NCBI GenBank assembly: GCA_964633995.1
Contig: CAZWKN010000002.1
Coordinates: 179,119-237,187 of the forward strand
Reading direction: 5' to 3'
DNA: 58,069 bases
From: an uncultured Gammaproteobacteria bacterium
GTDB taxonomy: Bacteria > Patescibacteriota > Microgenomatia > CAZETR01 > Amesbacteraceae
Shown: piece by piece, positions 1-7,735 of the stretch
Layout: the number at the start of each line of letters is the position of its first letter
Numbering within the stretch: position 1 is the first letter of the stretch
The notes under the pieces: model-generated
Databases searched by the model: none
What the model saw: the letters and a program-made list of their open reading frames with translations, nothing else
Told to the model about the DNA's origin: nothing
Program-made: the position numbers and the translations under genes

Positions 1-77
1 AATCGATAGACTCTAACAAAACACGCAAAAAGTAAAATTATTATGACTAGTCCGTAATATATCTTTTGCTTAAACAT
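1..77 (-). CDS. Partial CDS (first ~25 codons only; the rest lies beyond the window start). Membrane protein, possibly another GT-C type glycosyltransferase.
   Basis: Hand translation of the minus strand from ATG at 77-75 gives MFKQKIYYGLVIIILLFACFVRVYR with no stop before position 1. A hydrophobic helix followed by an R-x-Y-R-type motif resembles ArnT/PMT-like N-termini. Too short for a firm call. Confidence 0.3.
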   Translation of the reverse strand, partial: MFKQKIYYGLVIIILLFACFVRVYR

Positions 78-100
78 ACACTGATACATATCACTTTACT

Positions 101-200
101 GCGATAATGTCATCGCGAACCCGCCTTGGCGGGGTGTGGCGATCTAAACTAGATTGCTTCACTGCGTTCGCAATGACAAAAGAAATCGCTTCGCAATGAC
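101..200. repeat. Cluster of short intergenic palindromic repeat units. Imperfect hairpin GCGATaatgtcATCGCgaaCCCGCCttgGCGGGgtgtgGCGATC at 101-144; GATTGCTTC..TCGCAATGAC units at 151-177 and 182-200.
   Basis: Read directly. The same GTCATCGCGA..(C)CCGCC-loop-GGCGG(G)..GTGGCGATC unit recurs in reverse orientation at 53233-53270, and in degenerate form at 15344-15423. Confidence 0.7.
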
Positions 201-235
201 ATGTTCTATTAAATACATTGCATGGCTAATTGCAC

Positions 236-2434
236 TCATTTTCCGGATGGATTGGGTACTAATTTGAAGAGTCTTACTCCCCATGGGAAATCCCATGTGT
301 TATCAATTTTGGCCCATCCAAAAGCTGCTATTTCCCACAACGGATGGCCAATTGGCTCACAAATAGCCGATTCACAAATTACAAATAACTGGTCGGTAAG
401 TTTTTGGTGAATCGTTTTGGAGGGGGTATTTAGCACATCTAAAAAGTATCTGTAGCTGGCGTCATAATTTGACTTGGATATCAGGGCTAGATTGAATGGC
501 TTACCGTCTGAGTGCTTGGCAATAAACTCGGAAACCTCTCTTGTATGCGACATTTGATTGTTGGGGGGATACAACAGTGGATTGTTAATCAAATTAACGA
601 CCAATAGCCAAATAAGCCACAAAAACCCAACCAGCTTTAGCAAATTAGAGCGGTCTAGTATATCCAGCGAAAACCCAAGTAATAAAAACGGCACAGGGAA
701 AATAAATCCGAAGTAGTGAGCATAGATATGTTGTTTATACAAAGCTAATCCCAAAACGCCCACCATTCCCCATAGTAAAACAAATAACAAGTCTTTTACT
801 TTGGAGTCTTTGGTTCGTTTTATTAAAAATAAAAGTGTGATATCAAAAACGGCAAACGCCACAATCCGACCAGACGTAGGCGAGCCAGCCCCCAATAGAT
901 CGGTATTTATACTCTCCCAAACCGGCCAAAGATTTGGCAAAGCCTTATAAGGCTTTAAATTCACTGTTTCCTGCCGTTCCAAAAAAAACTTGGCAATGGC
1001 TTTTGAATTCATCCAATCGTGTCTTAAGTCAAAAAGAAACATGGGTGAGATTAATAATAAAAACAATGCCAATGAACCCACGGTATACTTCGCACTGGCT
1101 GATGTCTTTTTGGACATGACCCAGAAAAAGCCTATTGTTGGAAACAGTAATAAACCTAAATAATGGGAATTGAGAACAAAACCCAGACTTACTGCCGTAA
1201 CCAATAACCAACGCCAATAACCAAGTCTCCACACTTTCCATATCCCATACATAGCAAGGAGTGCAAAAAACGGCATAATATTCGGGTTCCAAGACGAGTG
1301 GGAGTAGGTAATCACGGTGGGCGAGAGAGCATAGAGAAGCGAAATCGCGAGAGCTGGTGTGCGACCAAACAATTGTCTTGCCATCCACCATAAAAGCCAT
1401 ACCGTAGCGACACCCAAGACAGCCACCTGGATTGCTGGGCCAACGGGGGAAAAGTTTGTTAACCATAAGGGAACCAGCATTAGGTAATAGTAAAGTGGGC
1501 CTAAATACATATTGCCTATCGAAGTCCCAGGTCCCAAAAGGGTAAATTTGCGCCCCAACAACATGTCCCGAACCACTTGAACATCTCGACCTTCGTCGCC
1601 TAAAAATGTCATGTAGCCCGAAATATGCCAGAGGCGGGAAAAAGCAGCCACTACCAAAATAACTAAAATTCCCAACATCTCCCACTTAAAAACCGCCCGA
1701 CCTTGCTCGACCATAATCTCTGACCGTAACTGCCACCAGAATTTAAACAGATCTAAAAATGATTGGATAATTACTCTTAAATTGCCCCCGGTCGATGCGC
1801 CAGCTGTCCTGGGTAGATGGGTGACAGGCATCTCTACAACCGAATATCCCCTGGCCCTGGCACCGGCCAAAAACTGGGTATCAATCATGGCTCCTCTTTC
1901 GGAAGTAAGTTTTATGTGAGACAAAATTTCTCTTTTGAAGAGCTTGAAACCACTATCCACGTCGGTGGCTAAATAGCCGAACAATGCCCTTACTATCGAA
2001 TTCCATCCCCATCTATTTAGTCTTCGCACAAACGGATCTACTCCCCCACCGACTCTTATTCCTGAGACAATATCAGCATTGGTCTCTCTTTGTTTGGCAA
2101 GTAGTTTGGTGACCTCAGAAAAATTGAACTGATTATCAGCGTGGGCAATGGTAATAAATTCCTTGGTAGCAGTATCGTAACCCTTTCGAAGTGAACCGCC
2201 ATATCCCCGATTGGGTTTGTTTTCAACCACCACCAAGCCGGGAATTTTTTTGAGGAAGCTTTTGGCTATTTCTCCTGTTTTGTCCTTGGAGCCATCATTG
2301 ACTACGATTATTTCGTAATCGAGATCTAGTTTTTTTAAAACGGAACTGACAGAGTTAATGCATTCAGCGATATTTTTTTCTTCGTTATAGGCCGGGACTA
2401 CTACGCTTAAACCCGTTTTCATAAGCCTAATCAT
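236..2434 (-). CDS. Fusion protein: N-terminal GT2 polyprenyl-phosphate-sugar synthase (Dpm1/GtrB-like) plus C-terminal multi-pass GT-C (ArnT/PMT, GT39-like) membrane glycosyltransferase.
   Basis: N-terminus reads SVVVPAYNEEKNI..IIVVNDGSKD..HADNQF (GT2 DXD-type motifs). From about aa 250 onward there is a long run of hydrophobic helices typical of GT-C enzymes. Single uninterrupted 732-aa ORF. Confidence 0.8.
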   Translation of the reverse strand: MIRLMKTGLSVVVPAYNEEKNIAECINSVSSVLKKLDLDYEIIVVNDGSKDKTGEIAKSFLKKIPGLVVVENKPNRGYGGSLRKGYDTATKEFITIAHADNQFNFSEVTKLLAKQRETNADIVSGIRVGGGVDPFVRRLNRWGWNSIVRALFGYLATDVDSGFKLFKREILSHIKLTSERGAMIDTQFLAGARARGYSVVEMPVTHLPRTAGASTGGNLRVIIQSFLDLFKFWWQLRSEIMVEQGRAVFKWEMLGILVILVVAAFSRLWHISGYMTFLGDEGRDVQVVRDMLLGRKFTLLGPGTSIGNMYLGPLYYYLMLVPLWLTNFSPVGPAIQVAVLGVATVWLLWWMARQLFGRTPALAISLLYALSPTVITYSHSSWNPNIMPFFALLAMYGIWKVWRLGYWRWLLVTAVSLGFVLNSHYLGLLLFPTIGFFWVMSKKTSASAKYTVGSLALFLLLISPMFLFDLRHDWMNSKAIAKFFLERQETVNLKPYKALPNLWPVWESINTDLLGAGSPTSGRIVAFAVFDITLLFLIKRTKDSKVKDLLFVLLWGMVGVLGLALYKQHIYAHYFGFIFPVPFLLLGFSLDILDRSNLLKLVGFLWLIWLLVVNLINNPLLYPPNNQMSHTREVSEFIAKHSDGKPFNLALISKSNYDASYRYFLDVLNTPSKTIHQKLTDQLFVICESAICEPIGHPLWEIAAFGWAKIDNTWDFPWGVRLFKLVPNPSGK

Positions 2435-2467
2435 ACCAGTCGGGACCGAAAATGATAATATTGGATT

Positions 2468-3523
2468 ATGCGGGATAAACTAATCCTGGTCGGGGTGATA
2501 TGCGTATCGACGGTAATACTTTGGGTTGGGGCAGGATTTAGGACTATTTATCAGAACTTTGATGGCCCATATTATGCTGTGGTCGCAAAGTGTGGATACA
2601 ACAAAGAGTGCATCGGTAACAACTTTTCTTTTCCATTACCACTGGAGTATTACCCCGCCCACTTGCCGGCATATCCGGCCTTGATCAAGATTTTCAGTTT
2701 TGCGGGATCCCTAAGAGCAGCGGTTGGGATCAATCTGTTGGCCACAATTTTGGCCGCGTTAGTGCTTTATAGATTGGTGGAAAGAAATAAGTGGGGTAAC
2801 CCGTTGTGGCTAAGCTTGGCTTGGTTATTTATTTGGCCGAGAATGTGGGTGGTCAGATCTGTGGGAAGTCCGGAAACGTTGTTTGCACTGTTTATATTGA
2901 CCTCAATCTATTTCTTTGTGGAAAAAAAGTATTGGTTGGCAGGCATAGCTGGAGCACTGGCAGTACTTACCAAATCACCGGGAATACTCCTGTTTATTGC
3001 TTATTGCTTAGTGCCTATTACATATAAAAAGAGGGCGTGGCCGATACTTTTGATTCCACTGGCGCTGGTGGGATTGTTTGGTCTTTATCAGTATCAGATG
3101 GGAGACTTTTGGGCTTATTTTCACAGCGGGGACAATATTCATTTACAAGCATTACCGTTTAAAATTTTTGACAGTAATCAATCGTGGGTGGGGACATTTT
3201 GGCTAGAAGACGTGCTGTGGGTATATCTAATCGGATTGATTGGAATATGGCGTGCTTACAGAAAGTCGCCGGTGTTGGGGACTTTTGGGGCTGTATTTTT
3301 GACCACAATATTTTTTGTATCTCACCGGGATATTTCTAGATATAGCTTGCCCATAGTCCCAGTTGTCTTGGTCGGGTTGTCTGAAATATTTGAGCGCCGC
3401 GAAGTAAGGTGGGGACTAGCGTTACTTGTTGTTCCGATTTTTTTCTACAGCTTAAATTTTCTTTCTCACAACACTCTAGCTATTGCTGACTGGAAGCCTT
3501 TTTTGCAGACGTTTTCCAGATAA
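2468..3523 (+). CDS. Polytopic membrane protein, GT-C fold glycosyltransferase-like (PIG-V/GT87/DUF2029-like mannosyltransferase).
   Basis: 351-aa ORF, hydrophobic throughout with short loops. It is divergent from the GT2-GT-C fusion and sits inside the polyprenyl-P-sugar cluster. Family assignment is from memory of similar sequences, not from a search. Confidence 0.5.
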   Translation: MRDKLILVGVICVSTVILWVGAGFRTIYQNFDGPYYAVVAKCGYNKECIGNNFSFPLPLEYYPAHLPAYPALIKIFSFAGSLRAAVGINLLATILAALVLYRLVERNKWGNPLWLSLAWLFIWPRMWVVRSVGSPETLFALFILTSIYFFVEKKYWLAGIAGALAVLTKSPGILLFIAYCLVPITYKKRAWPILLIPLALVGLFGLYQYQMGDFWAYFHSGDNIHLQALPFKIFDSNQSWVGTFWLEDVLWVYLIGLIGIWRAYRKSPVLGTFGAVFLTTIFFVSHRDISRYSLPIVPVVLVGLSEIFERREVRWGLALLVVPIFFYSLNFLSHNTLAIADWKPFLQTFSR

Positions 3524-4631
3524 ATTTATTGTAGATAATGTAGTTGACGACCAGGACAATAACGATCGCTCCGAAATAAAAGAATTGAATAATCAGCTTG
3601 TTGCCGGAGGCAACTTTTTGACCTATTCCTAGAATTATAAATTGGATCGTTAAGGCAATTAGTGAAGTAAGATTAAATTGGATAAATTTTCCGAACATTT
3701 TAAAACCGGTGACCTTGTGATCCGAAAAAGTCCACGCGTTGTTAAGGATAAAATTACTAATGATTGCTATTTCGCCACCAATAACCGTGGCTGTTTGAGG
3801 TGAAAGAGTATTGGTAATAACGCCAAATACTTCGAAAAAAAGTGTCTGAAGAAATAGACCAGTTCCTCCAACTATGCCAAATTTGAAAAACCGAATTATT
3901 TTGGGATTATGAAGCTGCAGTAGAAAAATAACTCTGAGCGTTTCTTGTAGTTCGTTTTTGATTATTTTGGATTCCCCTTTTTCCCGGTTGCCAAAAGCAA
4001 ACGGAACTTCTTTGACCTTGGCACCTTTTTGCACCATATAGTGAAAAAGGTGGACCTTGTAGGCAAAACGCTTTGATAATAGCTTGGAAAAATCAAATTC
4101 GTCCATAAAGCCTTTGACCCTAGATAACTTAAAACCACCGGTGACGTCGTGAATTTTCGGCATAATAAGCAGTACTCTGGCAACGAGATTGCCCACAACG
4201 CTTAAAAATTTCCTATTAAAACTCCAGTTATCCGGAATGGATCCACCTGGAACATAACGGGAAGCAACAATATAGTCGTAGCCATTGTCTATTTCGGCGA
4301 TAAGCCTTGGAATGTCTTGCGGCGGGTGCTGGAAATCACTATCAAATTCCATCAACCAATCGGCATGTAATTCTTTCATGGCATAAGTCATTGCCGATGC
4401 ATAGGCCACGCCCAATCCACCTTTAACCGGATTGACCAATAAATGCAACCAGGGATACTTTTCACAATTTTTGCGAACTATGTCTGCCGTCCCATCAGGC
4501 GATGAATCGTCGACATACAAAACCATGACTTCGTGATTTTTTATCGTAGGAATAATATGGGCCAGGGTTTCGATCATTCTGGGAGTACCCTCCGCCTCGT
4601 TGTAAGTGGGAATTATTACTACGACTTTCAT
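3480..4631 (-). CDS. GT2 dolichyl/polyprenyl-phosphate mannose(hexose) synthase-like enzyme fused to a C-terminal GtrA-like membrane domain.
   Basis: VVVIIPTYNEAEG..VDDSSPDGT..FDSDFQHPP..NREKGESKI (Dpm1/GtrB signature). C-terminal FFKFGIVGGTGLFLQ...NFILNNAWTF is GtrA-like. ATGA overlap with the upstream gene at 4628-4631. Confidence 0.8.
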   Translation of the reverse strand: MKVVVIIPTYNEAEGTPRMIETLAHIIPTIKNHEVMVLYVDDSSPDGTADIVRKNCEKYPWLHLLVNPVKGGLGVAYASAMTYAMKELHADWLMEFDSDFQHPPQDIPRLIAEIDNGYDYIVASRYVPGGSIPDNWSFNRKFLSVVGNLVARVLLIMPKIHDVTGGFKLSRVKGFMDEFDFSKLLSKRFAYKVHLFHYMVQKGAKVKEVPFAFGNREKGESKIIKNELQETLRVIFLLQLHNPKIIRFFKFGIVGGTGLFLQTLFFEVFGVITNTLSPQTATVIGGEIAIISNFILNNAWTFSDHKVTGFKMFGKFIQFNLTSLIALTIQFIILGIGQKVASGNKLIIQFFYFGAIVIVLVVNYIIYNKFIWKTSAKKASSQQ

Positions 4632-5392
4632 TGGTTCATCATACCCTTTTCGGCTCTAATTTTGAAGGCAAGTGCTATGTATTCGCAGATATCCCGGATG
4701 TAAGTCTTTATATATTTGGGATTGAAACTAATTTTTGATTCGCCTTTAACCCTAAACTTATATGTAATCGGAAATTCGCAAATTTTTTCTGTTACCCGGG
4801 TAAGGGCGTAAATCCAATAAAAAAAGAAGCCAAAGCCGGTGGGAAATTTTGTGAAATCCAGTTTATCCAAAACTCCCTTGACCCGGACAGCCCTAAAGGC
4901 TCCATTGTGATCATTTACTTCGGCCACTCCGGCTATCAGACTTGCAAAAAAGGTGTTTGCAACCCAATGGTTTAACCGCCGTGTTAATGTCCAACCAATA
5001 GTCCCCCCACCTCCAACATGCCTCGAACCCACAACGACATCTGCGCCTTCTGATATCTTTTGCAACATAAAGGGGATGTGAGCAGGATCGAAGGCAAAAT
5101 CAGCTTCATTTGCGATGACAATATCGGATCGCAGATTGCGAATTGCGTATATTAGTCCCCGAATCATAGCGGCTCCCAAGCCTTTTTTGGGTCCTGAAAG
5201 GAGGACCACCTTACTAAATCGGGGTCTGAATTTTGTAACCACACTGGCGGTTCCATCTGGAGAATTGTCGTCGACCACCAAAGTGATAAATTTATATTTT
5301 GGATTTTTGTGCGCCAGATCATCCAATACATTTAACATATCGGTAATATTTTCGCGTTCGTTGTATGTGGGGATTAAATTTACTACAATCAT
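4628..5392 (-). CDS. GT2 polyprenyl-phosphate-sugar synthase (Dpm1-like), soluble form.
   Basis: IVVNLIPTYNERENI..VVDDNSPDGT..NEADFAFDP..RVKGESKI motifs. Confidence 0.8.
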   Translation of the reverse strand: MIVVNLIPTYNERENITDMLNVLDDLAHKNPKYKFITLVVDDNSPDGTASVVTKFRPRFSKVVLLSGPKKGLGAAMIRGLIYAIRNLRSDIVIANEADFAFDPAHIPFMLQKISEGADVVVGSRHVGGGGTIGWTLTRRLNHWVANTFFASLIAGVAEVNDHNGAFRAVRVKGVLDKLDFTKFPTGFGFFFYWIYALTRVTEKICEFPITYKFRVKGESKISFNPKYIKTYIRDICEYIALAFKIRAEKGMMNQ

Positions 5393-5395
5393 GGA

Positions 5396-6079
5396 ATGGA
5401 AATTGATGTTTTGACCCTGTTCCCGGACATGTTTTCCGGCCCGATTGATTTCTCAATAGTAAAAAGGGCTAAGGAAAGGGGCTTGGTCAATATTAACATA
5501 CACAATCTGCGCGATTGGTCTGATGATAAGTATAAGTCTGTAGACGACAAACCGTATGGGGGCGGGGCGGGAATGATTATGAGAGTGGATGTGATTGATA
5601 GGGCTATACAAAAACTCAAAAATTCGAAAACTCGAAGTGCAAAGGTGGTTTTGTTGGATGCGGGGGGGGAAAAGTTTACGCAAAAGACTGCAGCGCGGTT
5701 GAGTAAAGAACAAAATTTGATACTTATTTGTGGACATTACGAAGGCATCGATCACAGAGTCCATGAACAGATTGCAGACGAGGTAATTTCGATAGGTGAT
5801 TATGTCCTGTCCGGCGGGGAAATTCCCGCCATGGTGATTATTGATGGAATAGTAAGATTGCTGCCAGGGGCTTTGGGAAACTCTGAATCTCTGGTAGAAG
5901 AATCACACAACGACGAAAACGTCGAATATCCTCAATATACCCGACCAGAAGTGTATAAAGATTGGCAGGTGCCCAAAGTATTACTATCCGGTGATCCAAA
6001 AAAGATCAACCAGTGGAGAACTGATCGACAACTTGATAGTAAGGCCCGGTCTTTGACACAAGACTTTCAAAAAGAGTGA
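5396..6079 (+). CDS. trmD: tRNA (guanine37-N1)-methyltransferase.
   Basis: MEIDVLTLFPDMFSGP..DDKPYGGGAGMIM..LICGHYEGIDHRV..SIGDYVLSGGE are classical TrmD motifs. Confidence 0.95.
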   Translation: MEIDVLTLFPDMFSGPIDFSIVKRAKERGLVNINIHNLRDWSDDKYKSVDDKPYGGGAGMIMRVDVIDRAIQKLKNSKTRSAKVVLLDAGGEKFTQKTAARLSKEQNLILICGHYEGIDHRVHEQIADEVISIGDYVLSGGEIPAMVIIDGIVRLLPGALGNSESLVEESHNDENVEYPQYTRPEVYKDWQVPKVLLSGDPKKINQWRTDRQLDSKARSLTQDFQKE

Positions 6080-6572
6080 CCCGTTCCACTGTAAAGGCCG
6101 GAAGAGGAGTAAATTCAAATTTAGCCACCTGGTCTAAATATTGTTTGGTCGAAGTGGGATCGGTCCGTTTGAGACGGCCTACTGTAATGTGGGGTAAATA
6201 ACGATTTTGCTGGGGCAATTTGAGGGTGGCGTATTCTGAGTTTAAAGCTTGCTGAAGAGCTATTAACATATCAACCTGGCCGGCAATACCCAAATAAATT
6301 TTGGATTTTTCATGTCGACTGTATAAAGTTTCTAAAAAGGCTGGGACTAACGTAAATTTCTCAAATGTAGACACAACTCGTCTGGTAACACCTTTTATTT
6401 GGGGGATGGAATCCTCCGGGGTGGGCCCAAGAAAATTCAGGGTCAAGTGAAGTAGTGGCTGAGGTTGCCATTCGACGGGCATGGCAAGTTTATCCAGGTC
6501 ATGTTGCAACGAGGATATTTGGGCGGCTAGGGGCTCTACAATCTTGATGGCGAAAAAAAGTCGGTGTTTCAA
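6006..6572 (-). CDS. thpR: RNA 2',3'-cyclic phosphodiesterase / 2'-5' RNA ligase family (2H phosphoesterase).
   Basis: Two H-x-T/S-x motifs (HLTLNFLG and HITVGR). The track ORF extends to 6686, but a TTG at 6572-6570 gives the typical KHRLFFAI N-terminus and forms a TTGA overlap with the stop of the upstream ORF, so I shortened the call. Confidence 0.75.
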   Translation of the reverse strand: MKHRLFFAIKIVEPLAAQISSLQHDLDKLAMPVEWQPQPLLHLTLNFLGPTPEDSIPQIKGVTRRVVSTFEKFTLVPAFLETLYSRHEKSKIYLGIAGQVDMLIALQQALNSEYATLKLPQQNRYLPHITVGRLKRTDPTSTKQYLDQVAKFEFTPLPAFTVERVTLFESLVSKTGPYYQVVDQFSTG

Positions 6573-6847
6573 GTTCGGAGAATCATTGAGCCAAAGGTTA
6601 ATACGGCCAAGAGACTGACGAGAATATACTCGAAAACGATCTTCATATGCAAGTCGTGATGCTGAGAATGATGAATAATGCCCCAAACTACATAAGAAAT
6701 AGCCATGGAAACGACGATGGCAAATTGGGTGGAGGCATCGTAACTAAACCAAAATATACCCCAAAGCCCCACTAACATCAGACTTAACAGAAAGAAATAA
6801 TGTAACGGGTGGCGGGGGAAATCTTTTTCAAAATCTATTTTTGCCAT
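6569..6847 (-). CDS. Small membrane protein with a His-rich loop (IHHSQHHDLH); function unknown.
   Basis: 92-aa ORF with hydrophobic helices, tightly packed in the operon (6-nt gap upstream, 4-nt overlap downstream). Confidence 0.5.
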   Translation of the reverse strand: MAKIDFEKDFPRHPLHYFFLLSLMLVGLWGIFWFSYDASTQFAIVVSMAISYVVWGIIHHSQHHDLHMKIVFEYILVSLLAVLTFGSMILRT

Positions 6848-6853
6848 AACTTG

Positions 6854-7735
6854 TTAAATAATCTGGCCGCGCAAAATACCGGCGGCCGCAATAATTAATG
6901 CCAAGATAAATATGAAATGAGCCATGCTTTTACTAGTCCAACGAGCAATTTTTTTAGTGTGAACCATCCAGATATCTACCGCCAAAATAAGGGCAAACAT
7001 AGCGAGTAAGCCTACAGAGAAATATTTAGTGACATGGAATGGGGTGACCAAAGGAGCCGGAGCAGCGACTGGCGGAACAGGAGCGACATTTTCAGCCGCT
7101 TTGACTGATATGGATGTACTAGTAACCGCAGGTGCTGCTGACAATTTGGTGCCAAACATCTGGACTACTAATGTTGTTTCCCGACCGCTTAATTTACCGT
7201 CTACAACAGCCACTCCTATGTCTGCATAGCGTGCATTTAAGAGATTTTCCCTGTGGCTGGGTGAGTTCATCCAAGCTTTGACGACTGACCCTGGGTCGGC
7301 AAAATCACGAGCCAGGTTTTCGCCGGCATAACGATATTCATAGCCTGAGTCGGTGATAAATGCCCAGGGTTGCGTACCAGCGGGAGAAACATGCGCCCAA
7401 TAATCACGGGCAAACATGTCTGCGGCTTTGTGGGCTGCAGCCGCGGATAATTTTGCGTCGTAAACAACCGCCGTCAAACCACGAGTAGATCGTTCTACAT
7501 TAGTCAGCCGGATAATTTCTTCGGGGGGGATTTGGGATGCATAACCTAGAATTTGGGGGTAAGAAACAGCAACTTTGGTGATAGTGAATTGGATAACCAA
7601 AAACACAGCCATAACAACAACCAGAGCTGATGGGTGGAGAAGTTTTGCACGTTGATTGTTTGTGTGATGTGGAACGAATAGATGCCGAAGCCAGTCCATA
7701 AGCATCATTATGGGAGTAAACAATCTAGGGGTCAA
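6854..7735 (-). CDS. Membrane-anchored CAP/SCP (PR-1-like) domain protein.
   Basis: YWAHVSPAGTQPW..YAGENLARDF..WMNSPSHRENLLN..DIGVAVV is a CAP/SCP_bacterial signature. There is an N-terminal TM helix, an Ala/Pro/Val-rich linker and C-terminal TM helices. The track start at 7735 is TTG; in-frame ATGs occur at 7708 and 7705. Confidence 0.75.
   Translation of the reverse strand: MTPRLFTPIMMLMDWLRHLFVPHHTNNQRAKLLHPSALVVVMAVFLVIQFTITKVAVSYPQILGYASQIPPEEIIRLTNVERSTRGLTAVVYDAKLSAAAAHKAADMFARDYWAHVSPAGTQPWAFITDSGYEYRYAGENLARDFADPGSVVKAWMNSPSHRENLLNARYADIGVAVVDGKLSGRETTLVVQMFGTKLSAAPAVTSTSISVKAAENVAPVPPVAAPAPLVTPFHVTKYFSVGLLAMFALILAVDIWMVHTKKIARWTSKSMAHFIFILALIIAAAGILRGQII

Noticed and set aside
222-410. 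Plus-strand 62-aa ORF at the start of the window.
   Set aside because: It is antisense to the 3' end of the GT2-GT-C fusion gene and has no motif or ribosome-binding context.
1029-1685. Nested or antisense track ORFs. Examples: 1029-1685, 8409-8972, 9787-10173, 15431-15811, 15714-16109, 28643-29095, 42246-42836, 50206-50721, 53024-53326.
   Set aside because: All lie inside, or antisense to, longer ORFs that carry clear family motifs. Their translations are low-complexity or motif-free, so I treat them as shadow ORFs.
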